The position numbers and the translations under genes were made by a program. Of a DNA stretch of 64,000 nt, positions 23,691 through 35,240 are shown in pieces. Position 1 is the stretch's first letter; the number at the start of each line of letters is the position of its first letter. This DNA is from Saccostrea echinata (taxonomy: Eukaryota): contig NW_026889779.1 in the NCBI RefSeq assembly GCF_033153115.1, positions 13,268,001 to 13,332,000 of the forward strand, written 5' to 3'. The notes beneath the pieces are model-generated. The model saw only the letters and a program-made list of their open reading frames with translations. It did not search any database and was not told where the DNA came from.

Positions 23691-24572
23691 AGGTAAAGAG
23701 CGGTGATCGATCTCAAAAAATCTGCAAACAGTACAAATCTGTGAACAGGGCATAAAACACGGACCCCCAGAAAATCCCAGAGGTGGGAGCAGGTATTTCT
23801 ATGTTTTTCCATTGAAAAGGATGCAGGGCATGGCATTTCGTTTGGTTCTCTTCATCCACGTGACGATATATTGTTCCAGTCGTGGTTAAATCTGCTTGCA
23901 AGGTAGAAAACAGACAACAGAGGACCTATGCACACCAGACTCACTTTTAACATCTGAAAATCAGCATTTGAAATAATACTAGTGTGTACTTAAATTAGTC
24001 ATCCATAAAAATTTCTATGTGATTTTTAATGAAAACTCTAATTCCTTGACATTTTTTTTTTTTACTTTTTCGACTCGCATAACAGTTTTTCCTACTTGCT
24101 TTCCAAAAACTAGATTTTAGAATTTGGAATTAGTTTTTATTTAGACATGCTGACGACTTTTAACAATGTAATAAAGAATTATATATTAGTCAGAAAATGA
24201 CACCATTATAAGCTGCACTGTGATTAAGAACAGTTGTAGGACGGACAGTCAAGTTTCTATCCTTGGCAATGTGATATAAAAGGTTGTATTAATTTCGAAC
24301 TTTAGAGCTACATGTATACTAGCCGCTGTTTGATACAAAGAAATAAAAGCAAAGAATACTCTTTCGAGTGTACAATAGATCTTTATCAAATGGAATGCTA
24401 AGTATATCAGTGAAGTTGTACTCAGTGAGAATTATTAAGTCATTGATAATATAAATATGGAAGAACATTTCAGCAACTTTAACCTGGAACCAGATTGTGT
24501 TGACCTCCTGCATTAATCACATGCTCACGACATGTTAATAGAAATATTAGATTTGATGTCACGATCCCTTTT

Positions 24573-27500
24573 TTAACCAATTACATGTAAGACTGGATTC
24601 CATTCTTTTGAACTGTAATTATAGGCCCAGTTTTGAGGAACAAGCTTTCTGAAGTCAATTCTTTGGAAGCATTCAAGTCTGTGACTGCAATAAAGATGCA
24701 ATACATGTACTTCTTACATTTATTTACAAAGTACGATTAATTGAGTGTATTCATTGGGCTTATTCATACTTATAACAAAGATTTTAGAAATAGAATATAT
24801 TCATTGGATATTAGCATTATACAATTTATTTCCTAATAACCATTTGAAAATAGATTTTGAACGAATAGTCCGATGAGAAAATAACTTACAAATCGGGATC
24901 AGTATAATTGCCAACAGCAGGATATAAGGCTTCATACGTTCTTCCTGCTCCTGATCCGTGGATTGCGTACGCATTAAACTTCGTAACCTTTGGTGGAAAG
25001 TAGGAAGCTGGTATCAAGGCAGTTCCTGTCCACGTTTCGTTCTTTATTGATGAAGAAAATTGCAATGGAAGCTGACTCTATGATAAAAAAAGCATTAATG
25101 CATAACACTGTTTTCTTAGACTGCTTTATTCATATATTACTCAACTAAATGTATAATTGTCCTCAATATGCTGTGTGTTTCTTATAAAGTGTGATCCTTC
25201 AATGGTACAAAATCTTGAAACAACTCACCTTAAAGCTGTCTCGGTAGCCCTTTAGTAACAACACCAGATGTTGACCATGTCTGTAAAAAACACATAAGAT
25301 TTTCACGATTTTTCACCAAATATTTGAAAAAGGCATAAAATAAGGACCTCTGGAATTCCAGAGGTGGGATCAGGTGCCAAGGCGGAGTAAGCATCCCCTT
25401 TTGACCGGACACATCCGCCACGAGCCCTATGTATTGATCAGGTAGACGGAATAACCCATAGTCATTTTTAGTTTAAAATCAAAGGCCTTACAGTTGGTAT
25501 GTCAGTCAAAATACGACCCGATAATAGGTTGTATGTGCTTGTTAACAAGGGTCATTATAACGAGCATTAACATTAATTGAAGTTGTTGAAATCCCTGTTA
25601 CACTAGCTTATTTGTCGGTAACCTGCCTCGATTTTAAAAATCGATCGTAGTCAGAGTATGCTCTTGAGTATCGAATAAGTTGAGAGATAAGAACACCATA
25701 TGCAGGTGACATGGAATATTACTGCATAAAAATGGAAAAGCTGAAGTCATCTCGTTTGTCATAGTTGTTACATAGTCTCGTTTGTCACAGTTTATTTGTT
25801 AATTGGCCCCTATCGTCTACAGTCAGTAAAACACCCAAATGTGTAACAGATGTGGCAGACTGTGCTGTCTTATTTCACTTTCGAGTTGACATACCATAGG
25901 AAGTAACTATTGTTAATTAATAAAGGTCGTCGATAGATATGCATGTACTTAGTATATCGAACTGAAGGCCACAGCAAGTGTATTCTTCTTCTGGTGTAGA
26001 GGTTTTTGAATAAAGGAGATGGGTGAACATAACGAGCGATAAGCCTATAGTGTGACAAACATGAAGATGAAAAATTAAATTTCAATTATATCAAAATTTT
26101 CCTTGATATTTCGTCTAACATTAAAATATATTTTATGTAAAATCTCTACAATTTGCAAAAATCCCCCAAAGATTGAAATTATTTGCCTGTGAAATATTAG
26201 ACACACACTAAAGCGGGCAAAAAGAGTCATTTTCTAATACTATAACACTATATTTCGATATGAGTGGGTCTTCGCTCCACCTTTTTGAAAGTTAATCCTC
26301 AACGTTTGCGTAAAAATATACATTTTTGGTTACCAAAAATATGGAGCAATGACCCACTATACCTTAAAAATATACTTTTATGACATAACATTCGCATCTT
26401 TTCGAGAAATACTTGAAGTCCATTAAGTCAAGGGTCATATCGCAAACATGATTTAAATGCCACCCTTAAACAGGACTTGTGTAGTCTAGTGGTTAGCGTG
26501 CTAGTCTCGAAAGAAAATGATACTCAGAATTTTTATTGCTAGGGTTCGAACCCCACGAATACCACATTAATTTTTTTTAATAAAAGAATAAATTTTGCCG
26601 AGAAAATTTTCCTCGGAAAAGTTTTGTTTATCATAATTTCAAAAATTTCAATAATGAGACCTTTACTCTTAGTCCTAAATGCACAAATTGAACATGATTT
26701 TTACATATCTGAAGCTATAGGCTTTCTGCACGCTATGTTCGCCCATCTCCTTATTCTTCATAAGAATATATAATAAAGGAGAACAATTAGTTTCCGTCGG
26801 AATTCCAACAGATTATTGGAAGACCAGAGACTACGTACTGTCAATGAGGAACTTCAGCATCCTTTCATTAATATCGACTTCAGAGTAATTGAGCGTAGAA
26901 TCAGAGTGATTTTGTAGAGGACACATTACAAGATTTGAAAATTTCTTAGTTTCATTTTTTAAGCAGTTGTCTATGATATCAAAAAGCCTGAGTTTTTATT
27001 TATTGCAAAGAATGGTTGCATAAAGTGTAGAAAAGTCAAACGTTTTGATCTTACTGATTTCTGAAAATTTTAGTCATTTTATATTTTCTTAAAGTATTTT
27101 GGAGTTTTTGAGAATCCACATTTGATTCACAATTCTCAAATATGCTGTAGCACAGAAGTGATCCAACAGAAGGTGACAATGGTGAGTGACAGTTCCGAAA
27201 TAAAGTCACAATGACCCACATTATGATTGTTAATGCCACTTCCCCTTCCCAAAAGATCAACAAATTGAAATAATCGGATGCATTAAAGACTCACAAGGTG
27301 TGCGATATGATTTTGACACAAGTTTACTCCATATCATTGAACCTTTATCTGATGCTGAACTCTAATGCTATCTTTAAACTAACATATGACAACTTTTGAA
27401 ACAAATACTAAAGTTTTGAAGTAATTTTACTCACGGGCACAATTCTATTTCAACATACTGGTTCTGGTCATTTAAAAAGAAGGCTTCTACCACTGGAAAA

Positions 27501-28872
27501 CAAAACAATATAACTAATAAGTATATAACGTGTATATAATTAGATACTTTTTTTATTATCTATTCAATATAAAATATAAATATGAACATTTTTGTTTTTA
27601 AAAAATCTCATTTGTAGATCCTAGCTGGAAGATATCTAGATTATTACCCATGCGAGTCAAATCTGTGTCTGTCTGGGCAAAATGTTTCAGATAATTAAAA
27701 TCACACGAGAAATTTACCTTCATAGTCCCACAGGCCATCAAATGGTTGTCCAGGCTGTCCCCCAGGGTTACCAGGGTCATTAAAAAAGGGGGCGTTGACT
27801 CGAATCTCCAGTCCTTCGGTTGCATGTGCCAGGACTAATCGAACTGGAGGGTGATCTATATCTAATCCATCCCATGTTTTGGTTATGGCAACTGAGATCA
27901 ATTGTAAATTTTATTTTAATTCACAAGTAACTGATCACCATTGTCTGAAAATCGACATTTAAAAAAAAAATATATGATATCTTATTTTTTAACTTTAAGA
28001 AAGTACAAAGGCATATGTTTTTTTTTTTGTTGCCAAATAGTTAAAAACATACTGAGGTGACTTAAGTTCAGACGCAGTAACGAAGAGTTGATTTTTTTTT
28101 AAAGTTTATTAAGAAAATGGGTACCTCTATTGATTTATATCAAATAAATTACTAGTAATTTTAACTATGGTGTGGCCTTATATATTGAAAAAAAGTGTTA
28201 ACTAGTATCAAATGTAAGGATGTGTTGATTTCATTATTAAACAAGGAGAACTAAAAATATTAGCTTATTTTTCTTTTATCCAGAAACTTGACACATAACT
28301 TTACCCCCCCCCCCCCCAAAAAAAGTAAATCAAGAAAAAAATCCCGGATAACTAGCAAAAAAGTATTTAAAGCAATAGAAGGTATTATGAAAAGCTACCC
28401 AGAAGCATAATTAGCGACACAGAGAGGGACATTTACTCCCATTTCTCCCTCACAGTTTTCCTATATGTAAATGGCATTTATATAGAATGTATAGGGAAAA
28501 AAGGTTGCTGTGCTTGACACTGTGAATTAGTTAGTAATTACATGCCTAGAAAGCATGGGACCAACTGAAAAGATGAAGTTTTTACCATTGCATTGTCTAT
28601 AGATTGTAATGAAAAAGAGTTGTTTTCAAACAAAACGAATCACTGGTGGATACATAAATGTATCTGAAATGATAGGGTAGAGCAAAGTAATGTAACCTGA
28701 TTAAATTTACGATTTATTGTAAATTAATCCTTTCTAATACTAGTAAATCAGGTGATTTATTGGTACAGAATAATGTAAAATGCTTACCTGGGATAGTTAG
28801 TGCCCTGATAGAAACGCTTATCCAGAAAATACTTAGAATTACAAATTGGAATGCTACTGACACCATGATCAT
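24573..28872 (-). CDS. UPF0462/C4orf33-like paralog B with a predicted signal peptide (~222 aa if intact; possibly a disrupted allele)
   Basis: Exons 28872-28788, 27891-27718, 27492-27435, 25280-25229, 25077-24890 and 24684-24573, GT-AG and in phase. Motifs APFFNDP, GLWDYEVVEAFFLN, YVEIELCPHGQHLVLLL, KFNAYAIHGSG..R.YEALYP and DPDFHRLE. The exon-2 acceptor is ambiguous (see findings). Confidence 0.8.
25342..27290 (-). mobile_element. Second degenerate Penelope-like RT copy, in intron 3 of C4orf33 paralog B
   Basis: Minus-strand fragments IKTFDFSTL (27022-27049), VFQ*SVGIP (26795-26828), YDKRDDFSFS (25735-25765) and PAYGV..SQLIRY, plus the same 3' structured motif as 13944-14025. Confidence 0.7.
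26473..26563 (+). pseudogene. tRNA-derived fragment (Pol III A and B boxes)
   Basis: A-box-like TAGTCTAGTGGTTAG and B-box-like GGTTCGAACCC, with no pairing acceptor or anticodon stems. Confidence 0.45.
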
Positions 28873-30341
28873 TCACCGTGAATTCTGTAATATTAACAGG
28901 AACTGACCTTATAAATATTTCTCCTGGCCAGAAATAGCACCTCCTGCATTATACATCTTTTTATCACCGATGTTAAATCGGGGATATATTAGAATATGGT
29001 AGAAATGTTTTTGAAAATAAATGTCTGTGACTTTCACCAATTACTAAAAAAAAGAAAGAAACTTTTCTTGTAAGTAAATCACATCAGTATATATAAGTAA
29101 ATTTCTGCCGTGCTCAATTTTCTTTGAAGGAAGAATTAACATACATGTATTTTAAGGACGTGATCATAACACAAATTCCCTCTGATGATCAGACAGAATT
29201 ATTGTTTTGACCATAAAAAATTCAACGAGTTTCTACAATATGAAATCAAAACAAAAGCATGAATAAGAAAGTATTAATGTTGTTTTGGTACACTAGCTAT
29301 TGTACTTGCCTTTTTTAGATCCCGATAATATTTTCGTCCACGCCGATAATAATTAAGTCATGTGACTTCAGATAGTGGAATCAACACTTTGTTTGTCTCT
29401 GAAGAAATGGTAGACAAAATAAGAAACACATTCGATAAGTACAAATTATGTCCTTTACATTTTGTGGGGAAAAAAATTTTTAAAAATTTCCCTGGAAGTC
29501 TATTCCCACAGTAAATAAAGTTTTCATGAAAACTCGATCTCAATGTTATAAAAAAAAAAAATGTCAAATTACGTAAATAAACATGGCGTCCTCACAGATT
29601 CTAACAACTTGCTGCACAAGTATCCAGTGAGATTTAGTACCATATGTATAATTCTATTAAACTGTCCGTACGTAGTAAGAGTTTGAAACGTTACAATGGA
29701 CTTGCATTGTGCAAGTAAAGTTTTAGCGTGTGAATTTGTTTCGCGTTGTCCGTTTGGTAAATCTTCACTATACATGAAGTTTTACGCTAAATGACACAAT
29801 TATTACTTTTATTTTAAATAATAATAATAAAAAATTTACATCGCCATAGAAATATTTTAACCCTTTGCTCTTATAGGCCCTAGAAAGGAGACATGATTTT
29901 ACACAATGAATGTTTTAGGCCGGTGAGTGAATCCCGATTGTGGCCCCATATGCTTGCCATTGGAGTCCTAGATTTGCATAAACTTGTATATCAACATGAG
30001 AAAGTTTGCATATTAAACTGGAAATCTGCGTGTGGCCTAATTAGTCGAATTCTTAACAATATTTAAAAAGAAATCTTTATATTTCCATGTAAGGTGTTAC
30101 TGTGGTCACGTGTCAGAGTAGTCATAACCTTTGCAAATTCGTAGAACTTAAAAAAAAAAAACAAAAAAAACCCCGAGGAGATTTCTAATTAGAGATCGTA
30201 AATTTCTTTATTTTGACTTCATGCAAAGTCAGAAATAGGGGTTGGGGATTGACATGGTTTAGAATCCAAAGCAAGAGGCATAAAACCAGGTGATTCAATT
30301 TATATATCAAACAGATGAAAGTCTTGAAACAGGCTAGGAGT

Positions 30342-30487
30342 NNNNNNNNNNNNNNNNNNNNNNNNNNNNNNNNNNNNNNNNNNNNNNNNNNNNNNNNNNN
30401 NNNNNNNNNNNNNNNNNNNNNNNNNNNNNNNNNNNNNNNNNNNNNNNNNNNNNNNNNNNNNNNNNNNNNNNNNNNNNNNNNNNNNNN
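30342..30487. other. Assembly gap (146 N)
   Basis: Run of N between the two C4orf33 paralogs. Confidence 1.
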
Positions 30488-31088
30488 TTTTTCCGTAAAT
30501 AAAACGAGTCGTATGGAATTTTTCATAGTTTGCATTCTTTCGCATTTTTAGGGGGTGCATGGGTGGGGGTGGGGTTGTTAATTCCATAACAAACTATGTT
30601 TGCAAAGGAGACAGTGTGACTTTGTGAAACATTACTTTGTTCTTTGGAACACTTATTTAAGAGACTTTCGTATTACATAAGTACATATGTACACAAATGA
30701 ATTGTTATAATAACTTTATTGTTCAAGTGTTTTGGGATTTCTAGGGCAAAAAATACATAGAAATACAAAATTGTAACTTTGTGAACAAATTCTCTGTTCT
30801 GTGGAATATGTTTAAACATATGTCATACAACTGATACAAGTATTCAATTTCACAAATTGTTTCAACTGTAACCGAATTTCTCTCCTTTCGGATCCCTCCC
30901 ACGCCCATCCTCCATTTGTGCCACTGTGTTCCGTGAATAATCCCCGCTTATTTCCTTTCATAAATACTTGAAGAACACATATTGTAGAAAAGGCTATTGG
31001 TTAATTCAGTTATTAAAAGCATTTGCATTCCGAATCGGAATGTGTGAAGTTAAGAGGAAAGCTCTGTTCCTCTGCTGAAAGCATGTAC

Positions 31089-31543
31089 TTTTTAGTCCCC
31101 TACCGATGAAACCGGAAGGGACTGTAGGTTTCCTCTGAGTCTGTCCGTCCGTCTGTCTGTCAGTCAGTCTGTCCCACTTGGTTTTCCGCACTTTTTTTCT
31201 AAACGCTTGCAGATATTGAGCTGATTTTTGGTATGTGGGTGTATCTTGATGTGTTACAGATCAAGTTTGCACTTCGTTCCGCTTCAATGATTTTTGTCGG
31301 AATTACGACCTTTTCAATTTTTCAGGGTTTTCCGCAATTTTTTTTTTCTTAACGCTTGCAGATATTGAGCTGATTTTTAGTATGTGACTTAACCTTGATG
31401 AGTTATAGATCAAGTTTGAATTTCATTCCGCTACATTGATTTTTGACGGAATTATGGCATTTTCAATTTTTAACGGGAACCAGATTACACTCAAGCCGGT
31501 AGGGGACTAGTATTGCTTATGAAATGCTCTCAGAATGTTTGTT
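31089..31543 (+). mobile_element. Short Helentron-type element with two ~149-bp repeats
   Basis: Start TTTTTAGTCCCCTACCG..CCGGAAGGGACT, a GTCC/GTCT microsatellite, AACGCTTGCAGATATTGAGCTG at 31202 and 31351, and the distal inverted copy CCGGTAGGGGACTAG followed by a hairpin. Confidence 0.75.
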
Positions 31544-31964
31544 TTATTTGTGGGATAATAATTACAGTTATATACAGAAGAGAAAAATGATGGAACAAAT
31601 CATGAAAAAAGACGTATTTGTAAAGATCTTTCTCCACGACACATCCTTTATGCTAAAGGTATCGGCCCATTTTAAAGGGAAATTACAGTGCTTGAATTTT
31701 GAACAATTCTACCTTCCATGGATACGAATTGGACATTAAAACTTTTTAGAGAATAATCGGGGGAGGTCTATATGAAAGCAGAAGGCTCTCTAGAACCACC
31801 TACGAATTGCCTGAAATTAAGATGCAAAAGGGTGAACAGACTTCCGTCTATTGGACTGTTTCGTAAGGTAGCAAACTGAGCTATGAAAAAGACGTACGTA
31901 AACATAGATTACTCTGAATAAAGGAGAAAAGATGAAGTATTAAAATATTTATTAGTTTAATTGT

Positions 31965-34445
31965 TCATTTTAAGACTTGTTCCCACTCTTTAGAAAAGTA
32001 GTCACTCGCCCAGTTCTGTGGAAGAAGTGTCTGGAAATCAATCTGCTGGAAATATTCAAGTCTGTGACTGAAAAAAAGAAGAAAAATCAACCAAGAAGTC
32101 GATAAAACACATTCTATTATACATGTACAAACAGAAAAATGGTATTTCTTCTTACAAGTCTGGGTCGGTATGTTTGTCTTTAGAAGCGGGGTACAATGCT
32201 TCGTACGTCCTCGTGGACCCTGATCCGTGTATAGCGTAAGCGTTAAATTTGGATACTTTAGGGGGAAAATAAGACATGGGTATTAAAGCTGTTCCCTCCC
32301 ATGTATCGCCTTTAATGGCTGAAGTATATTTCATTGGCAGCAAGTCCTGTGAACGGAAAATAGACATGGGTTTGTGAATCGAAACAATTTAAAGAGTATA
32401 ATCAGGCTAACTGATTATAAATATCTAGAGATAAGACATTTTTCATTATTCAACTCACAGCAAAACAATCTCTGAACCCCTTTAATAATAATACAATGTG
32501 CTGACCATGCCTAGAAAATAAAATATTAGATTAAAGCAAGGTGCAATTAAGATGTAGCTGATGAGGGAAAAAACATATCACTTTCCTTTGTTAATTCCTC
32601 TTCAAAAAGTGAAACATCGATTTGATTCAATGATTAATGAGAGATGGAAGGATAACTGACATTCGAGTAGTGATAATTCGCACAGACAAACCGCTCACAT
32701 AAGAAATATCAACTGCTACAATGTCGATTATCACTCCCATATAAATAAATAATAATTTGACATATTGCTTATATGGTTACATTTGAACCCCTGCCTAATG
32801 ACGTATTTCATCGCGCCATTGCACATCGAATATTGGGCCAATTTCGCGATGACACGATGGTGCAATGACAATAAAACGATGCTGCAATAACCATGGTGCT
32901 ATAGTGCGATATCAAACGCGTCATCGTACTATCTCACCATCGTTATCGCAGCAACGCGTCATCGCACCATTAGGGCTGTCACGGTTCCAAAATTTTTCGG
33001 GTCGGGTCGGTTCTGTAAATTTTCGGTTCGGTTTCGGGTTTTTCGGGTCGGGTATTTACATCTATTTTAAACCTTAATTTCATAAATTTAACTTGAAAAA
33101 TCTTTATTTGTTACATTAAATTTACATTGAAGACAAGTCTTAACCATGCGAACGTCTAGAAATCGGTGACTTGGCCTACTATTAGCCACAACCTGACCAT
33201 TCCTGCTCGTTTTGATAATTGTCTAATACTTCCGTGACAAGTGTTTTGTCATGGAATGAAGTAGATTTCAGTTGTGATGTTTATTTATCACTGTTATCGT
33301 CATCATTCCTTTGATTTCGACGCCATTTTTTGTATTAAACAGACTCTAATATATAAACCAGACCCGAACCGAAATCCGGAAAAATGGAACCGGAACCGAA
33401 CCGAACAACTTGGACCGCGGTTCTCGGTTATTTCGGGTACTCGTGACAGCCCTACGCACCATCGTGCATCGCACTATCGACCAAACCACTACGTCGCGAT
33501 ATATGGTGCTATCGTGAACTACATGGCGCTATCTGGATACCCCAGACCCCCCCCCCCCCTCCAAAAAATTATGATACAGTGTATGAGTTGTAACTTTATG
33601 GAGTTTTCTTTTTTTGTAAGAATCAGAATATTTAGTGTTGTACTCACGGACATAGTTCAACCTCTAGATACTGGTTTTTATCGTTCAGGAAAAACGCCTC
33701 AACCACTGACAAAGAAGAACATTAGTTTGCATGTGAATGTATACTAGTATGTCAATGTATTTACGATCTTGAAATGTGAAAATAACAAACAAAAGTCCAT
33801 TTAAACAATACAAGTTGTGGGCAAAGTCAACAAGGACCTCTAAAAATAGAGGTGGAACCAGGAGCCATGGAGGAGTAAGCATTCTCCGTCCACTGATCAC
33901 ATCCGCCTAGTATCTTGTCATGATCGGGTAAACGGGAAAATGCGCATACAATTCAGTGTGAAAATAATGGCCTATAGCAATATGTATGAAAGTCTTCGGT
34001 AAACATTGACCTAATGACAGACTGTATTTGAAAACCAGGTCATTTTTCGACCATAGAATTTTCGAAAGGTTGACTTTAAAGAGATTGTTGATGTCCTTGT
34101 ATCATCAATTTATTTGTCAATAGCCTTCTCGTATTAGAAATTGTTCGTTGGAGACATAAACTCCATATGCAGGTGATAATGGCATATTGCTAAAAAAAAT
34201 CATGGTCATACATGAAGGCTCCATCTGAATCAGAAAATGCAGTAAGGTTATCAAATATAGGTACCTTCGTAGTCCCATAAATTTGGGAATGGTTTCCCGT
34301 CTTCTCCTCCGGGATTCCCAGGGTCGTTGAAAAACGGGGCTTTAACCCTCACCTCAACTCCACTCTCAGCGGCATGTAGAGTTAGCTGTACATACGGATG
34401 ATCTACATCCGACCCATTCCATGTTTTTGTTATCTTGTAATTCAT
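31965..34445 (-). CDS. C4orf33: UPF0462 protein C4orf33 homolog, paralog A (194 aa, no signal peptide)
   Basis: Exons 34445-34265, 33705-33648, 32510-32459, 32346-32156 and 32067-31965 (585 nt, GT-AG, in phase). MNYKITKTWNG..VKAPFFNDP..LWDYEVVEAFFLN..YLEVELCPHGQH..FNAYAIHGSG..YEALYP..PDFHRLEYF. Confidence 0.9.
32971..33454. mobile_element. hAT-type MITE nested in an older CATCGC-repeat element (~32800-33540)
   Basis: TIRs TAGGGCTGTCACG / CGTGACAGCCCTA, a perfect 8-bp TSD CGCACCAT (32963-32970 and 33455-33462), and TCGGGT/TCGGTT subterminal repeats. Confidence 0.85.
33780..34195 (-). mobile_element. Penelope-like 3' fragment in an intron of C4orf33 paralog A
   Basis: Minus-strand SNMPLSPAYGVYVS (34150-34192) and the conserved 3' motif at 33831-33910. 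Confidence 0.65.
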
Positions 34446-34596
34446 TTCAATCTGGAAATTAACAGTATTTCAAATTAATTTAGAACTTTATTTTATGTGG
34501 TAGATTTAAGTGGATTTAATGGATGAATTAGTTCCCATCAGTGATTCGCTTATTTAAAAAAAAATAGGCCTACAATATAATTTTGTCTCCTCATAC

Positions 34597-34693
34597 CATC
34601 CTCGCAAACCAGGGGTCCTGAGTCAACACGTTGCCGTTGGACCCCTGGTCCAACGGCAACGTGTTGACTCAGGACCCATGGCTTGCGAGGATG
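34597..34693. mobile_element. 97-bp near-perfect palindromic MITE
   Basis: A 31-bp perfect stem (34613-34643 / 34647-34677, loop CCT) inside TIRs CATCCTCGCAA / TTGCGAGGATG. Confidence 0.8.
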
Positions 34694-35055
34694 TCCCATA
34701 CATACATGTTGATTTGAGTTGGTACATATATAAGACTTTTTATTTACTTATATATAATTTGGGAAGTGATTATGGGTATTATAATAAATTGCTTACATGT
34801 TTTTCTTATCTTAATTTTCATCTTAACCCCCCTTTCCCGTTTACGGGAATCAGGCTACATGTTTAAAGAAGGATAACTCTACCTCTTTATTTTGGTTTTT
34901 GCAGTGCACATTGATATCATGAACGTGATAATCATGACAATATGTTAAGTGATGAATAGAATTTTTTAAACCATGTTTAACAGGACAATAAGTTGTATAA
35001 CACTTTTTCTTTAACCTCATGTAAGACTTTCATTAGGCCTAAACATTAACATTAC

Positions 35056-35240
35056 CTTTTCGATCTAGGTGCCGACTTTAGAATTTATCCAGACACCGCC
35101 TACAAGTGCCCCTTAAAAATCACGTGACACCCACGAAAAAATCGCCATTTTTGTTGTGGTTCACCAGAAAACAATAACTTGTGCATGATTTGCTGGGACA
35201 TGATGGATTGATCATGAAGTCTCATGACCATTGGTGATTG
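35056..35240. promoter_or_regulatory. Putative bidirectional promoter between C4orf33-A (minus) and the DUF4592 gene (plus)
   Basis: Divergent splice donors (minus-strand GTAAT at 35051-35055, plus-strand GTAAGT at 35240), E-box TCACGTGAC at 35120-35128 and YY1-like CGCCATTTT at 35143-35151. Confidence 0.55.

Noticed and set aside
26473-26563. Functional tRNA gene
   Set aside because: The acceptor and anticodon stems do not pair.
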